Source of the DNA: Telmatocola sphagniphila
GTDB lineage: Bacteria; Planctomycetota; Planctomycetia; Gemmatales; Gemmataceae
Length of the DNA: 32,000 bases
Reading direction: 5' to 3'
Assembly (NCBI RefSeq): GCF_018398935.1
Contig: NZ_CP074694.1
Location: forward strand, 1,080,001 to 1,112,000
In this document: piece after piece, positions 1 through 9,909 of the stretch
Numbering within the stretch: the first letter of the stretch is position 1
Layout of the letters: each line of letters begins with the position of its first letter
Notes under the pieces: generated by a model
Database searches by the model: none
Seen by the model: the letters and a program-made list of their open reading frames with translations, nothing else
What the model was told of the DNA's origin: nothing
Position numbers and translations under genes: made by a program

Positions 1-168
1 GAAGATTTGCAAAAAACCTTGCTTAGTTAGCTTATGACGATTTTGAATCCCTATGAAGTAGGGAGTGTAAAAAAAAGCCGCTTACCCTCACAGCCCAATT
101 CGGAAGAGGGATTTCTGTTAATAATATTTCAGCACTTAGAATCAATCAAAAACATAGCAGGAACCAGC

Positions 169-221
169 ATGATGTCACTCAAGCGATCCTATTACTCGAT
201 GTTCGCCAGTCTGCTTCTAGT
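169..221 (+). pseudogene. Severed 5' end (start codons plus first part of the signal peptide, MMSLKRSYYSMFASLLLV) of the large esterase/cytochrome c gene whose body resumes at 2076
   Basis: ATG ATG at 169/172 in frame 1. Hydrophobic leader reads straight into the IS left end at 222. Joining 221 to 2082 restores an uninterrupted frame-1 ORF. Confidence 0.7.
216..221. repeat. Target-site duplication TCTAGT (left copy)
   Basis: Identical hexamer abuts both IS termini (216-221 and 2076-2081). Confidence 0.8.
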
Positions 222-2075
222 CCTCAAACAAGCGAAGTTTTTGATGCCAATTCCGTGGGGAGTTTTAGCGAGATAGTTCGATGAGTCCTCCGCGCCGGAG
301 CTTTTCGCTCGGCCGAACGCATACTTCTATTTTTCAAACATTCTTCCTTTCCGCGAATAGCTCTCGGCGTTTTATCGGATCGGGACATCCGGATCCCGAC
401 TTCATTCGGTCGAACGATCAACACCTCAGTGCTTTCAGTAGCCGGAAGAAGATTGGCAAGTGCGGGTTCCAGCCGAGCAATCGATAGACGATGCGGCCGG
501 CCTTCCGGACGATCTGACAAGGCAGAAGCATGAAAGCATTGAGGAAGGTTTTGAATTCCATTTTCAAAACCGACTGCTTCTGGTCCCGATGCTTTTCCCG
601 CCAGCGACCAGGAGTTTCCGGCAACGTCAAGGCCCACCAGGCTTTCAAGTTCCAGGCCAGGGAGGCCATCACCATGTACGCCCAATTGCTTTCCAGATCG
701 TGCAGCGGCGCGTGCAAGGCCCGGCAACCGCCCTTGAGCTGCGCTATCAGATTTTCCTGATTGCAGCGATCGTTGGCTTCGTAGACGACTTCCGCGGCCG
801 TGCACTCCCGGTCGTTGGTGATGTAGAAGAAATAGCGTTCGTCCGGATACAGAACGGATTCGCCTTTTTCCACGGAAAGATTCTTGCGAATCACCACCAG
901 GCGATACGCCCTTCGGCAAGCGGTCGGTTGGTACTCGAACTCGGCCACCGCTTCGGAGATCAACTTCACATTTACGAATTCCCGCTCTTGGACGATCCGC
1001 TCCTTGGTGTTTTCCCGTCGGTGTCGCAACTTCGCTTTCGCCGAGTATTGCGCGGGACGCTCGAACTCGTGCCAGGCCGACTCCGGCAGGTTTTCCGCCA
1101 TTGCTTCGAGGTTTTGCTTCGAATCGTAGCCGAAATAAAAGCGTACTTTGGCGTTGGCATCCCAGCCGTCGAGGCGAGTGGTCTGCGAGAAATCGGTGTC
1201 GCCGCGAAAGACGATCCTGCGAAAGCCCGCTTGAAGGCACAGCAAAAGAGCCCGGTCGAGTTCGACCGCGGCCCCTTCGTGCGAAGGGCGATTGCCGGGA
1301 CGGTTGACGATGCTCAGCGTCTCACCGGTGTTGGCCAGGGTCACCGCCAGGGGGTGGTAACACCAGTCTCTGTTATAGTTGATGTCCATCCCCGCTTTAC
1401 GCTCGCCACGCGTTTGGGTAAAGCTGCCGTCGGCGTCGATCTTCGCGCATTCCCAAAAGGAATCGGGTTGCTTCGACCAGACGCGTAAACGGGTCTGGTT
1501 GAAAGCGTCGATCAAAGCCTGGATGCTGCCACTATCGAAGCGTCGACAAAAGTCGCCCGAAGTAGTCGGGTCGGGAAAACGCTGAGTGCCCAAGGCGTTG
1601 AGAAAGTTTTCGTCGCTGCGACGCAGTTCCATGTCTTGCAGGCAGGTACCCCCGCAAAGGGAATTGTAAGCGATGGCCAATACGTGGTCCGATTCCGAGT
1701 AAGGCTTTTGAAACTGGAGCAGATGCAGCTTCTCGTCGATGTCGTCGATCAGTCCGATACGCCGGGCCAGAAGGTGCATGGCCCCGAGGCCTCCGCAACT
1801 GATCGCCCCCACGCGTTCGGAGACTTCGTAATGAATGTTGGAGGCGTCGAAAGAAGGAGCGAAGGTCATCGCGGCCTCTCGCTTAGCCAGGCGACGTTCG
1901 ATTCGACTCTTGCATTTTTGAAACCAACGTCCGAAAATAACATTCACTCGAAACTCCTTTTTGCGACTGTCGATTTGTTAAGCGGTTACTTACACAAACC
2001 GCAGAAAACAAAAAGGATTTCGAGCTTTCTTCGATAAATCGAAACAATTCTCCAAAAAACTACGCTGTTTTAAGG
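222..2075 (-). mobile_element. Complete insertion sequence (1854 bp), IS1380-family-like
   Basis: Left end CCTCAAACAAGCGAAGTTTTT (222-242) matches the reverse complement of 2055-2075, CCTTAAAACAGCGTAGTTTTT, at 17/21 positions. Both ends start with CC. Flanked by 6-bp direct repeat TCTAGT. Contains a single 509-aa DDE transposase ORF. Confidence 0.85.
418..1947 (-). CDS. DDE transposase (IS1380 / 'DDE group 1' type)
   Basis: 509-aa ORF filling the IS. The N-terminal pattern GGLGAMHLLARRIGL...LRRSDENFLNALG...PDPTTSGDFCRRF resembles IS1380-family transposases from memory; not verified by search. Alternative start at Met27 (1869). Confidence 0.8.
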   Translation of the reverse strand: MNVIFGRWFQKCKSRIERRLAKREAAMTFAPSFDASNIHYEVSERVGAISCGGLGAMHLLARRIGLIDDIDEKLHLLQFQKPYSESDHVLAIAYNSLCGGTCLQDMELRRSDENFLNALGTQRFPDPTTSGDFCRRFDSGSIQALIDAFNQTRLRVWSKQPDSFWECAKIDADGSFTQTRGERKAGMDINYNRDWCYHPLAVTLANTGETLSIVNRPGNRPSHEGAAVELDRALLLCLQAGFRRIVFRGDTDFSQTTRLDGWDANAKVRFYFGYDSKQNLEAMAENLPESAWHEFERPAQYSAKAKLRHRRENTKERIVQEREFVNVKLISEAVAEFEYQPTACRRAYRLVVIRKNLSVEKGESVLYPDERYFFYITNDRECTAAEVVYEANDRCNQENLIAQLKGGCRALHAPLHDLESNWAYMVMASLAWNLKAWWALTLPETPGRWREKHRDQKQSVLKMEFKTFLNAFMLLPCQIVRKAGRIVYRLLGWNPHLPIFFRLLKALRC

Positions 2076-2081
2076 TCTAGT
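2076..2081. repeat. Target-site duplication TCTAGT (right copy)
   Basis: See 216-221. Confidence 0.8.
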
Positions 2082-2148
2082 TGCACTCGCTGATATCCAG
2101 ATTTCGGGTCAGGAGCCAAAATCCACTCCCATTGGGAACCAGCAAAAG

Positions 2149-5100
2149 TTGAAACCGTTGAAGGTTTTTATTCTCGCCGGACAATCCAACATGCAGGGGC
2201 ATGCACAAATATCCACCTTGGATTCCATGGCGGAAGATCCGAAAACGGCTCCTATTCTGAAAGAAATTCTAGGACCGGACGGCAAGCCTCGAGTCTGCGA
2301 TCAGGTGTGGATTTCCTCGGTGGGCTGTGCTGGAGATGGCTGGTCGGACGTCATTGAGCAAAAGGGCAAGTTGAAAGCCGGTTTTGGGGCCGGAACCGAC
2401 AAAATTGGCCCCGAATATACCTTTGGCCTCTACATGTCGAAATACTTGGGCGAGCCGATTCTGATCATCAAAACCTCCTGGGGGGGACGCAACCTTCACA
2501 CCGATTTTCGTCCGCCTAGCGCAGGGGCTAAAACTTACAACGACTACATCCTGGAACAATGGAAGAACCGCAAGCTCGACGCGGAGAAGGAAAAGGCCGA
2601 CATCAATAAAAAGGCCGGAGTCTTCTACCGTCACATGATCGATCATGTACGCAAAGTGCTAAAGGACATCAAAGCGGTTGTTCCCGACTACGATCCGAAG
2701 CAGGGTTACGAGATTGCCGGGTTCGTCTGGTTCCAGGGCTTCAATGATCTCGTGGATAGTTGGACTTATCACAGCCCATCCAAGAGCAAATCCAACCCCT
2801 ATGCGGAGTATTCGGAATTGCTCGCTCACTTCATCCACGATGTTCGTAAAGATCTCGCAGCACCAAAGTTGCCCTTCATCATTGGAGTTATGGGAATCGG
2901 AGGTTTGAAGGAAGATAAGCAAACACAACAGTCGAATTTTCGTTTAGCTCAAAAAGCTCCGACATCTTTACCGGAATTCCAAGGGAATGTTCGTGCGGTG
3001 GAGACTGCTGTTTTTTGGGATGAGGAACTGGACGCTTTGCATACAAGGATGGAAAAATATTGGCCGAAGGTGGACGCGAAGGTCGCCGAACAAAAGAAGA
3101 AAGATCCGAAGGCCGATGCCTGGGAGAACAAAATGAAACTCATGGCGGAGTATTTTTCGCCAGAGGAATGGAAGCGACTGAAAGGGGCCTCCAACGGGGG
3201 CTACCACTATCTCGGGGCCGCCAAAATCCTGGCACCCATCGGAAAAGCTTTCGCCGATGCGATGAAGGAAATGATTTCGGCAACTCCGAGTGAGAAAGCT
3301 CCAAATTCTCCAAATCTGACTGCAGAGCTGGCCCCCACCTTCACACAATTGCTGATGAAGGAATCCGTTTCTTCTTTGGCTAAAGCGGCTCGAGAGCAGG
3401 GTGATGCCAGTCGTGGAGCGATGATCTTTTACCGTTCGGATCTACTTTGCATTCAGTGCCACATCCCTGGTGACGAAACTCCGAAGCTTGGACCGGATAT
3501 TTCTCGGGCCGGGAAGGACGCCACCGATACTTACCTCGTTGAATCACTGCTTTTTCCCTCCAAGGTGATCAAAAAAGGATTCGAGACGATATCCGTAACG
3601 ACCACTGCCGGTAAAAAAATCACGGGACTTCTCGCTTCTGAAACGGCGGAGACTTTGACTCTACGCGACGCGTCGGACCTTGGAAGATTAATTAAGATCT
3701 CGAAAAAAGAGATCGAAGAACGTAAGACTTTGGCCTCATCATTGATGCCCGAAGGACTGATGAATGTCCTGGCAACTCGACAGGAATTTCTCGATCTCAC
3801 CCGCTATCTCATCCAAATTTCTGAGAAAGGGCCAGATCGTGCCCGTCAACTAAGGCCAGCCGCTTCCCTGATTGCTCCACCACCGATTCCCGAATACGAA
3901 CGAGATCTCGACCACGCCGGGTTGATTAGTTCTTGGGACGAACAGAGTCTCAAACGAGGTGAGACTATCTACACTCGAGTATGTGCCAATTGTCACGGAA
4001 CCAGGGATCGCCAGGGATCCCTGCCGACTTCCTTACGCTTTGCCGATGGCAAGTTCAAGAATGGTTCGGAACCGCTGCAAATGTACCGGACCTTAACGCA
4101 CGGCTACGGCATGATGTCGCCGCAAACCTGGATGGTCCCGCAACAAAAATATGATGTGATCCACTACATACGCGAAGTATATTTAAAACCTTTCAATCCT
4201 TCGAGTTATCGTTCAGTAGATGCCCCTTACCTGGCCAATCTACCCAAAGGGAAATCGCGTGGCCCAAAACCTTCTAACATCGAACCCTGGGTCAGTATGA
4301 ACTACGGCCCCAGTCTGATGGCCACACTAGAGATCGGCGACCAAGGAAATTATGCGTACAAGGGAATAGCGGTTCGACTCGATAATGGTCCCGGTGGCAT
4401 TTCGCGCGGTCGACATTGGATGCTCTTCGATCACGATACTATGCGCATGGCCGCGGGTTGGAGTGGCACGGGTTTTATTGATTGGAAGGGTATTAATTTC
4501 AATGGAGAGCATCAGGTACATCCCCGAATTGTGGGCAATCTGCATTTCAGCAATCCCGTGGGCCCGGGCTGGGCAAATCCTGAGACGGGTTCCTTTGAGG
4601 ACACTCGACTCACCGGTCGGGACGGGAAACATTATGGCCCTCTACCGCGCTCCTGGGCCCAGTATAAAGGGATCTATCATTATAATAATCAGGTAATAAT
4701 TTCTTATAGCATCGGCGGCACATCGATTCTCGAAATGCCGGCTTACGAATTCGCCGAGGGTGAGAAGGTGGTATTCACTCGCACACTGGATATTCGGAAA
4801 TCGACGAAAGATTTACTAGTGCGAGTTGCTCCTTCAAAGATCCATGTTGTGCAAGTTGGTTCCGGAGCCGTTCTGGAAAATGCGGGAGAATTCACCAACC
4901 TTCGTATCCCAGCACAGCAAACGCCTTTGACTATCAAACTCTTGCTAATAGAGGATGATATAAATAAGTATACGCAATTTATAAAGAATTCTCCATTACC
5001 TGTTAGTCTCGAACCGTTTACTAAAGGTGGGCCACCACGCTGGCCGGAAATTCTCACAACAGAAGCGATCATTGGAGACAGTTCTCAGGCTTATGCTGTC

Positions 5101-6411
5101 GATGTGCTCAATTATCCTGCAAGTAATCCCTTCAACAGTCAGATGCGGCTGACCGGCTTTGATTTTTACTCCGATGGCAAACGAGCCGCCGTCTGTAGTT
5201 GGGATGGAGATGTCTGGCTGGTGAGAGGGATCGACAATCCGGCGGGTGGTCTCACCTGGCAGCGAATTGCCTGCGGACTCTTTCAGCCTCTAGGATTGAA
5301 GATTGTGAAGGATAAAGTTCACGTTTGTTGTCGGGACCAGATTGTTGTCCTCCATGATCTCAACGGCGATGGGGAAACCGATTACTACGAATGCTTCAAT
5401 AACGACCATCAGGTCACTGACCATTTCCATGAGTTTGCTATGGGTTTGCAGACGGATGCGGAGGGCAACTTTTATTATGCAAAGGCCGCTCGACATGCAC
5501 TTATGGCGGTGGTGCCACAGCATGGTACTCTGTTGAAGGTTTCGAAAGACGGTAGCCAGACGGAAATTTTAGCAACGGGATTTCGCGCTCCAAACGGAGT
5601 GTGTCTCAATCCGGATGGGACTTACTTTCTGACCGATCAGGAAAGTTTCTGGGTTCCCAAGAATCGAATCGATCTCGTTGAAAAAGGGGGTTACTATGGA
5701 AATTTCTGGGGTTATCACGATGTGACCGATCCTTCGGACGCTGCCATGAAGAAGCCTCTCGTTTGGATTACTAATGCCTTCGACCGCTCACCATCGGAAC
5801 TCCTTTGGGTCAATTCCGACAAGTGGGGCCCGTTGAAAGGATCGCTTCTCAATTTCTCCTACGGTTATGGCAAGATTTATGTCGTACCCTTTGAAAAAGC
5901 GAACGGCCAGGTACAGGGCGGAATGTGTGAACTTCCCCTTCCGCAGTTTCCCACTGGGGTGATGCGCGGCCGTTTTCATCCGGAAAACGGTCAGCTTTAT
6001 TGTTGCGGAATGTTCGCCTGGGCCGGGAACCAGACGCAACCGGGGGGCTTCTATCGCGTACGTTACACTGGAAAATCTGTCTGTCTTCCCACGCAACTTA
6101 AAGCCAGCAAAACGGGCATGCAGATCACTTTCAGCGCCCCCTTAGATCCCAAGGTGGCAGGCGACCCCAAGACCTACGCAGTGAAGACCTGGTCGCTCAA
6201 GCGCAGTGAAAAGTACGGTTCACAACATTACGATGAAAAGCCCTCGGTCGTGAAGGCAGCAAGACTTTCGGAGGATGGTAAAACCGTTATCCTGGAGATT
6301 GAGGACATCAAACCGACTTGGAGTATGGAGATCAAATATCATCTGGTAGCTCAGGATGGTTCCCCTGCAAGCGGCTTTCTCCACAATACGATCCATCACT
6401 TGAATGATTAG
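2149..6411 (+). CDS. Multidomain protein, N-terminally truncated by the IS: SGNH/DUF303 sialate-O-acetylesterase-like domain + PVC-type heme-binding CxxCH domain + class-I cytochrome c + C-terminal beta-propeller (dehydrogenase-like)
   Basis: 1420-aa ORF. Esterase signature KVFILAGQSNMQG and WGG. Heme motifs CIQCH (with GPDISRAG...SLMPEGL context) and CANCHG with distal GMMSPQ. Propeller-like C-terminus (NGVCLNPDGTYFLTDQE). The only in-frame start after the IS is TTG 2149, with no leader peptide. Confidence 0.85.
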   Translation: MKPLKVFILAGQSNMQGHAQISTLDSMAEDPKTAPILKEILGPDGKPRVCDQVWISSVGCAGDGWSDVIEQKGKLKAGFGAGTDKIGPEYTFGLYMSKYLGEPILIIKTSWGGRNLHTDFRPPSAGAKTYNDYILEQWKNRKLDAEKEKADINKKAGVFYRHMIDHVRKVLKDIKAVVPDYDPKQGYEIAGFVWFQGFNDLVDSWTYHSPSKSKSNPYAEYSELLAHFIHDVRKDLAAPKLPFIIGVMGIGGLKEDKQTQQSNFRLAQKAPTSLPEFQGNVRAVETAVFWDEELDALHTRMEKYWPKVDAKVAEQKKKDPKADAWENKMKLMAEYFSPEEWKRLKGASNGGYHYLGAAKILAPIGKAFADAMKEMISATPSEKAPNSPNLTAELAPTFTQLLMKESVSSLAKAAREQGDASRGAMIFYRSDLLCIQCHIPGDETPKLGPDISRAGKDATDTYLVESLLFPSKVIKKGFETISVTTTAGKKITGLLASETAETLTLRDASDLGRLIKISKKEIEERKTLASSLMPEGLMNVLATRQEFLDLTRYLIQISEKGPDRARQLRPAASLIAPPPIPEYERDLDHAGLISSWDEQSLKRGETIYTRVCANCHGTRDRQGSLPTSLRFADGKFKNGSEPLQMYRTLTHGYGMMSPQTWMVPQQKYDVIHYIREVYLKPFNPSSYRSVDAPYLANLPKGKSRGPKPSNIEPWVSMNYGPSLMATLEIGDQGNYAYKGIAVRLDNGPGGISRGRHWMLFDHDTMRMAAGWSGTGFIDWKGINFNGEHQVHPRIVGNLHFSNPVGPGWANPETGSFEDTRLTGRDGKHYGPLPRSWAQYKGIYHYNNQVIISYSIGGTSILEMPAYEFAEGEKVVFTRTLDIRKSTKDLLVRVAPSKIHVVQVGSGAVLENAGEFTNLRIPAQQTPLTIKLLLIEDDINKYTQFIKNSPLPVSLEPFTKGGPPRWPEILTTEAIIGDSSQAYAVDVLNYPASNPFNSQMRLTGFDFYSDGKRAAVCSWDGDVWLVRGIDNPAGGLTWQRIACGLFQPLGLKIVKDKVHVCCRDQIVVLHDLNGDGETDYYECFNNDHQVTDHFHEFAMGLQTDAEGNFYYAKAARHALMAVVPQHGTLLKVSKDGSQTEILATGFRAPNGVCLNPDGTYFLTDQESFWVPKNRIDLVEKGGYYGNFWGYHDVTDPSDAAMKKPLVWITNAFDRSPSELLWVNSDKWGPLKGSLLNFSYGYGKIYVVPFEKANGQVQGGMCELPLPQFPTGVMRGRFHPENGQLYCCGMFAWAGNQTQPGGFYRVRYTGKSVCLPTQLKASKTGMQITFSAPLDPKVAGDPKTYAVKTWSLKRSEKYGSQHYDEKPSVVKAARLSEDGKTVILEIEDIKPTWSMEIKYHLVAQDGSPASGFLHNTIHHLND

Positions 6412-6496
6412 AAATCTATCGAAGGTTTAAATCGGAAGAGGTTATTGATCGTAATTTATAAGGAACTGAAAACATGACCTGTTGAGGAATTTCTTC

Positions 6497-6781
6497 ATGA
6501 TACCTAATTCGGATCCAGACGACCCGGTCAATTGGCCAGGAGGAACATTAATTGGGATCGCTTTGATAATTCTACTTCCGCAACTGATTTTTTTAATAAT
6601 TGGCTGGAATATCATAGTTCCGATTTGGGCGACCGCGGGAATTGCACTTTGGATCGTAATATCCACCAAGTCGTCCTATGAAGGGTTTCCGTTTTCTTTT
6701 GATTTCGTTGCGATGCAAATATTTTTAGGTTCGGTGTCGTTAACCATTTTGGCCGTTTTCAAGATGATACAACGCGAGTGA
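6497..6781 (+). CDS. Small hypothetical membrane protein (~3 predicted TM segments)
   Basis: ORF 6482-6781 (TTG) with internal ATG at 6497. Strongly hydrophobic stretches. Lies in an AT-rich spacer. No recognisable family. Confidence 0.3.
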   Translation: MIPNSDPDDPVNWPGGTLIGIALIILLPQLIFLIIGWNIIVPIWATAGIALWIVISTKSSYEGFPFSFDFVAMQIFLGSVSLTILAVFKMIQRE

Positions 6782-6964
6782 AATCTAGAAGAACGGTTTT
6801 AAGAGAAGTTACCGGTAGTAAATATTCATACCAGTCAAATTGATGTTTGATAAAAGTTTCAAAATCTTTACCGTTTTTTTCTTTAGAGAACGGTTTAACA
6901 AAACAGGCTTCTATTCCGAAAAATCGGAAAGATCCTGAAGATTTATGCATGAGGATCGAATATT

Positions 6965-8212
6965 ATGCAATCGCTTTTGGCGGCCAACATATCATTTTTG
7001 TTAGCGGTTGGATTGCTGACTGTCAGAAAGCCCGCCAAGTCAAACAGAGTTTATTTCCTCGCAGAGGATCCGGGTGACGACTATGTCGGTTGCAATAACC
7101 CGAAATCTAAAATTCCCACGCTGAATCGAGATAGACAGTCTTCGGAAAGAAAGCGATTTACCGATGCTGAGTCCCCCTCGGCGGTATCTACAACCAGTCG
7201 CCATGGGTTCCGGACGAGAAGATATGCCTTTCGAAATTGCTGGTGGCATTTCCTGGTGTTCTTAGCTATCCAGTCCGCGATGCACGTGCCGCTCATTGCG
7301 GGGGGTTCTAATCCACCTGATTCCCATACGAACGTGCGGCCGCTGAAAGTTTTCATTCTCGCAGGCCAGTCCAACATGGAGGGGGCGGGTTTTGTCAGAG
7401 CCGAGGAAAAACGAAACGGCGGTAAAGGAAGTTTGGAGTTTATCGTCCGTGATCCGGGCACGGCGAACAAGTATAAACATCTCGTCGATAAAGAAGGTCA
7501 GTGGCTAGTCAGCGATCATGTTTGGATTCACTTTTTGACCCGCAAAGGGAAATTGAGGCCGGGCTTTGGTGCCAAGGAAGACCAGATCGGACCGGAACTC
7601 GGCTTCGGCCAGGTTATCGGCGACTCTTATAAGGAGCCAGTACTTCTGATCAAGCTGGCCTGGGGTGGGAAGAGCCTGGCAAAAGATTTTCGACCGCCCA
7701 GTTCCGGGGGTGAGGTTGGCCCCTATTACAAAGAGATCATTGATCGCACGAAGACTCTGCTAGGCAACCTGAAGAAGGAATTTCCAGAGCTGGGTGATCG
7801 TTCCTATGAACTGGCTGGTTTCGGCTGGCATCAGGGTTGGAACGATCGCGTCAACCAGAGTTTCAACAATGAATACGAAAAGAATCTTGCTAATTTCATT
7901 CGCGATATCCGTAAAGATCTCGAAGTGAAAGATCTTCCTTTTGTGATCGCCGAAACGGGGATGAGCGGTACAGAAGAAAAACATCCTCGAGCGCTTTCTC
8001 TGATGAAGGCGCAAGCTGCTGTGGCCGAATACGAGGAATTCAAAGGAAATGTCGCTTTTGTGGGGACTCGTTCGTTCTGGCGAGATAAGGACGTTTCACC
8101 CAGCGGTCAGGCCTACCATTGGAACAACAATGCCGAATCCTATTACCTGATCGGCGAAGCCATGGGGAACGCCATGGTAAAGCTCTGCGCTGCGAGAAGT
8201 TCCTCGAAATGA
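6965..8212 (+). CDS. SGNH/DUF303 sialate-O-acetylesterase-like hydrolase (paralogue of the N-terminal domain of 2149-6411)
   Basis: PLKVFILAGQSNMEG, LIKLAWGGKSL and GFGWHQGWND are collinear with the first 380 aa of the large protein. Hydrophobic leader WWHFLVFLAIQSA lies upstream of the domain. True start is uncertain; the long N-terminal extension may not be translated. Confidence 0.8.
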   Translation: MQSLLAANISFLLAVGLLTVRKPAKSNRVYFLAEDPGDDYVGCNNPKSKIPTLNRDRQSSERKRFTDAESPSAVSTTSRHGFRTRRYAFRNCWWHFLVFLAIQSAMHVPLIAGGSNPPDSHTNVRPLKVFILAGQSNMEGAGFVRAEEKRNGGKGSLEFIVRDPGTANKYKHLVDKEGQWLVSDHVWIHFLTRKGKLRPGFGAKEDQIGPELGFGQVIGDSYKEPVLLIKLAWGGKSLAKDFRPPSSGGEVGPYYKEIIDRTKTLLGNLKKEFPELGDRSYELAGFGWHQGWNDRVNQSFNNEYEKNLANFIRDIRKDLEVKDLPFVIAETGMSGTEEKHPRALSLMKAQAAVAEYEEFKGNVAFVGTRSFWRDKDVSPSGQAYHWNNNAESYYLIGEAMGNAMVKLCAARSSSK

Positions 8213-8262
8213 TCCTTGGCCACAAAATTCTTATCCGATATCTCAACCCGAAAGGGCCTCTC

Positions 8263-9909
8263 ATGCCGGTTAGTGTCTTTCGTTTTCAAATTTTCATGAT
8301 CACTGCTGCTCTCCTCACAGCCCCTCCCTGTCACTCCCTGGCGACGGAACCTGCCCCGCAAAAAGCCGAGATGGCCGGATACCTGCTCATCCCCCACAGT
8401 AAGGTCGATGCGAAATACAATGCCGGTTTCTCGATGTATGTCGCGGCTTGGCCGCTCCTGAAGAATTATCCGGGCCAGGAGTTTCAATCCGGTCTGCCGG
8501 GCACCTGGATGTTCTCTCAGTACGAAGGGACAAAGCCGAAGGATATCTACTCGGACATTGAAGGTGGGCTCGGATGGTGGCGCGACACTCGGTTCGCCAC
8601 CGAAACTCCAAAATTTATTATGGGCGGCGTTGCATTAAACTTCGTCGAATGGGCCAATGGTCCCGGGGCCGGCAAAGGTCGCGATTGGAATAAGCCTGCA
8701 GGGCACTACGCGATCGCGCAGCTCAGCCCGTGGGTGCTCTGGCCTCCCGATGGTTTAAATTTGAAGCGGGGAACTTCGGGCGAATTGTTCGGCTACGGAT
8801 ATCTGCCCTTACCCCTGACCAATCCTAAGAAAACTACTGCAGGCAAGGATGTCCCCACCGGAAATCAATGCTGGACGCTTTTTTTAAACACGGGAAACTT
8901 CAAAGGCCCGGTCACGTTCTTTCTCCCTTATTTCTGGTCGAAGCCGACTCTTGATTATCCCAAACTGGCGGGTATGTTTCTCGACACCCGGCCCTCTGAA
9001 CCCAACAAAGCAGTGCAAATGGAAACTCAGCATATCCCCGCTTATATAGCTCAGGATGCGAAAGGGGTTACCTTCGCTCGCGTTGCCACTACTCAATTTC
9101 CCAGTCAGCGCGAAGGCAACGCTCCCTTGATTCACCGCATGACGGCCTACAGCCGGTCAGCACTCTGGGACAATGTCGAAGCCTGGTTCGGTGGCGGGCC
9201 AACCGCCTCGGGGAAAGTGGATGACAAGGCCGCTTCCATACACACTTTTGAGAGCAAAGGCGGCGCTACCTGGCAGATATATTCTGCCAAGACGCCCCGT
9301 GAAAAGAAGGTGCCCATCGCCTGGAATTCTTTTGCCAACCCTGCGGCCCTAGATGAGATTACCTATGGATACCAATGGTCCAAAGAAGCAGTGACAACCT
9401 CGGAAAATAGCTCGGATTCACTGATCCGCCTTCCCGAATACTATCGTCTGGAAAAGGACAAGAGGGATCGGGACAAATGGGTAGTTGTTAATGAAAAGGA
9501 TGTGCCTTCTGAGACCGGTTTAGCCAATGTTTCATTTCCGAAACGACGCGGCCCGGATCGTCGGCCCTACCTCACACCGGAGGGACCGGAAAGTTCCTGG
9601 AAAAAGCCCGGACCGGCAGCGGGGCCATTCGAAGCTAAGCTTGAGGATGGAAGTGTGGCAACCTATTACTGGTATCGCTTTGCGGATCAACCTGCTTTGT
9701 TGAACGCGGATCTGTCTGGGGAAGAACGGGAAATTCTTCAGAAGCGAGTGGAACTGCTCCACAGGAATTGGACGAAAGACCGCGAGTACCTGCCACCTCC
9801 CAAGATTGGCCGGCTGGCTCAGTTAGATCCGGGGGTGATCGTAATTCCGCCCAAAGGGCTGGAATACGGTTACGTTCCGATTGTAACCCGACAATCTGCT
9901 CAGGAATGA
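8263..9909 (+). CDS. Secreted hypothetical protein (~548 aa)
   Basis: Long ORF 8119-9909. Met at 8263 gives the signal-like MPVSVFRFQIFMITAALLTAPPCHSLA. An alternative start ATG 8209 overlaps the upstream stop as ATGA. No family recognised. Confidence 0.7.
   Translation: MPVSVFRFQIFMITAALLTAPPCHSLATEPAPQKAEMAGYLLIPHSKVDAKYNAGFSMYVAAWPLLKNYPGQEFQSGLPGTWMFSQYEGTKPKDIYSDIEGGLGWWRDTRFATETPKFIMGGVALNFVEWANGPGAGKGRDWNKPAGHYAIAQLSPWVLWPPDGLNLKRGTSGELFGYGYLPLPLTNPKKTTAGKDVPTGNQCWTLFLNTGNFKGPVTFFLPYFWSKPTLDYPKLAGMFLDTRPSEPNKAVQMETQHIPAYIAQDAKGVTFARVATTQFPSQREGNAPLIHRMTAYSRSALWDNVEAWFGGGPTASGKVDDKAASIHTFESKGGATWQIYSAKTPREKKVPIAWNSFANPAALDEITYGYQWSKEAVTTSENSSDSLIRLPEYYRLEKDKRDRDKWVVVNEKDVPSETGLANVSFPKRRGPDRRPYLTPEGPESSWKKPGPAAGPFEAKLEDGSVATYYWYRFADQPALLNADLSGEEREILQKRVELLHRNWTKDREYLPPPKIGRLAQLDPGVIVIPPKGLEYGYVPIVTRQSAQE

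Noticed and set aside
34-276. 80-aa ORF as an independent gene
   Set aside because: Its 3' part is read-through into the IS left end. Only 169-221 is meaningful, as the severed start of the downstream esterase/cytochrome gene.
224-1488. Long ORFs 224-1240 (-) and 460-1488 (+) overlapping the transposase gene
   Set aside because: They are out-of-frame or antisense shadows of the 509-aa transposase ORF. Their composition is Arg/Gly/Pro-rich and low-complexity, and they have no recognisable motifs.
6412-6964. AT-rich ~550-bp spacer between the two esterase genes as an insertion remnant or mobile-element scar
   Set aside because: I found no terminal repeats, target duplication or transposase remnants. 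It contains only a weak short repeat (GAACGGTTT x2) and a small hydrophobic ORF, so I kept it as a low-confidence CDS instead.
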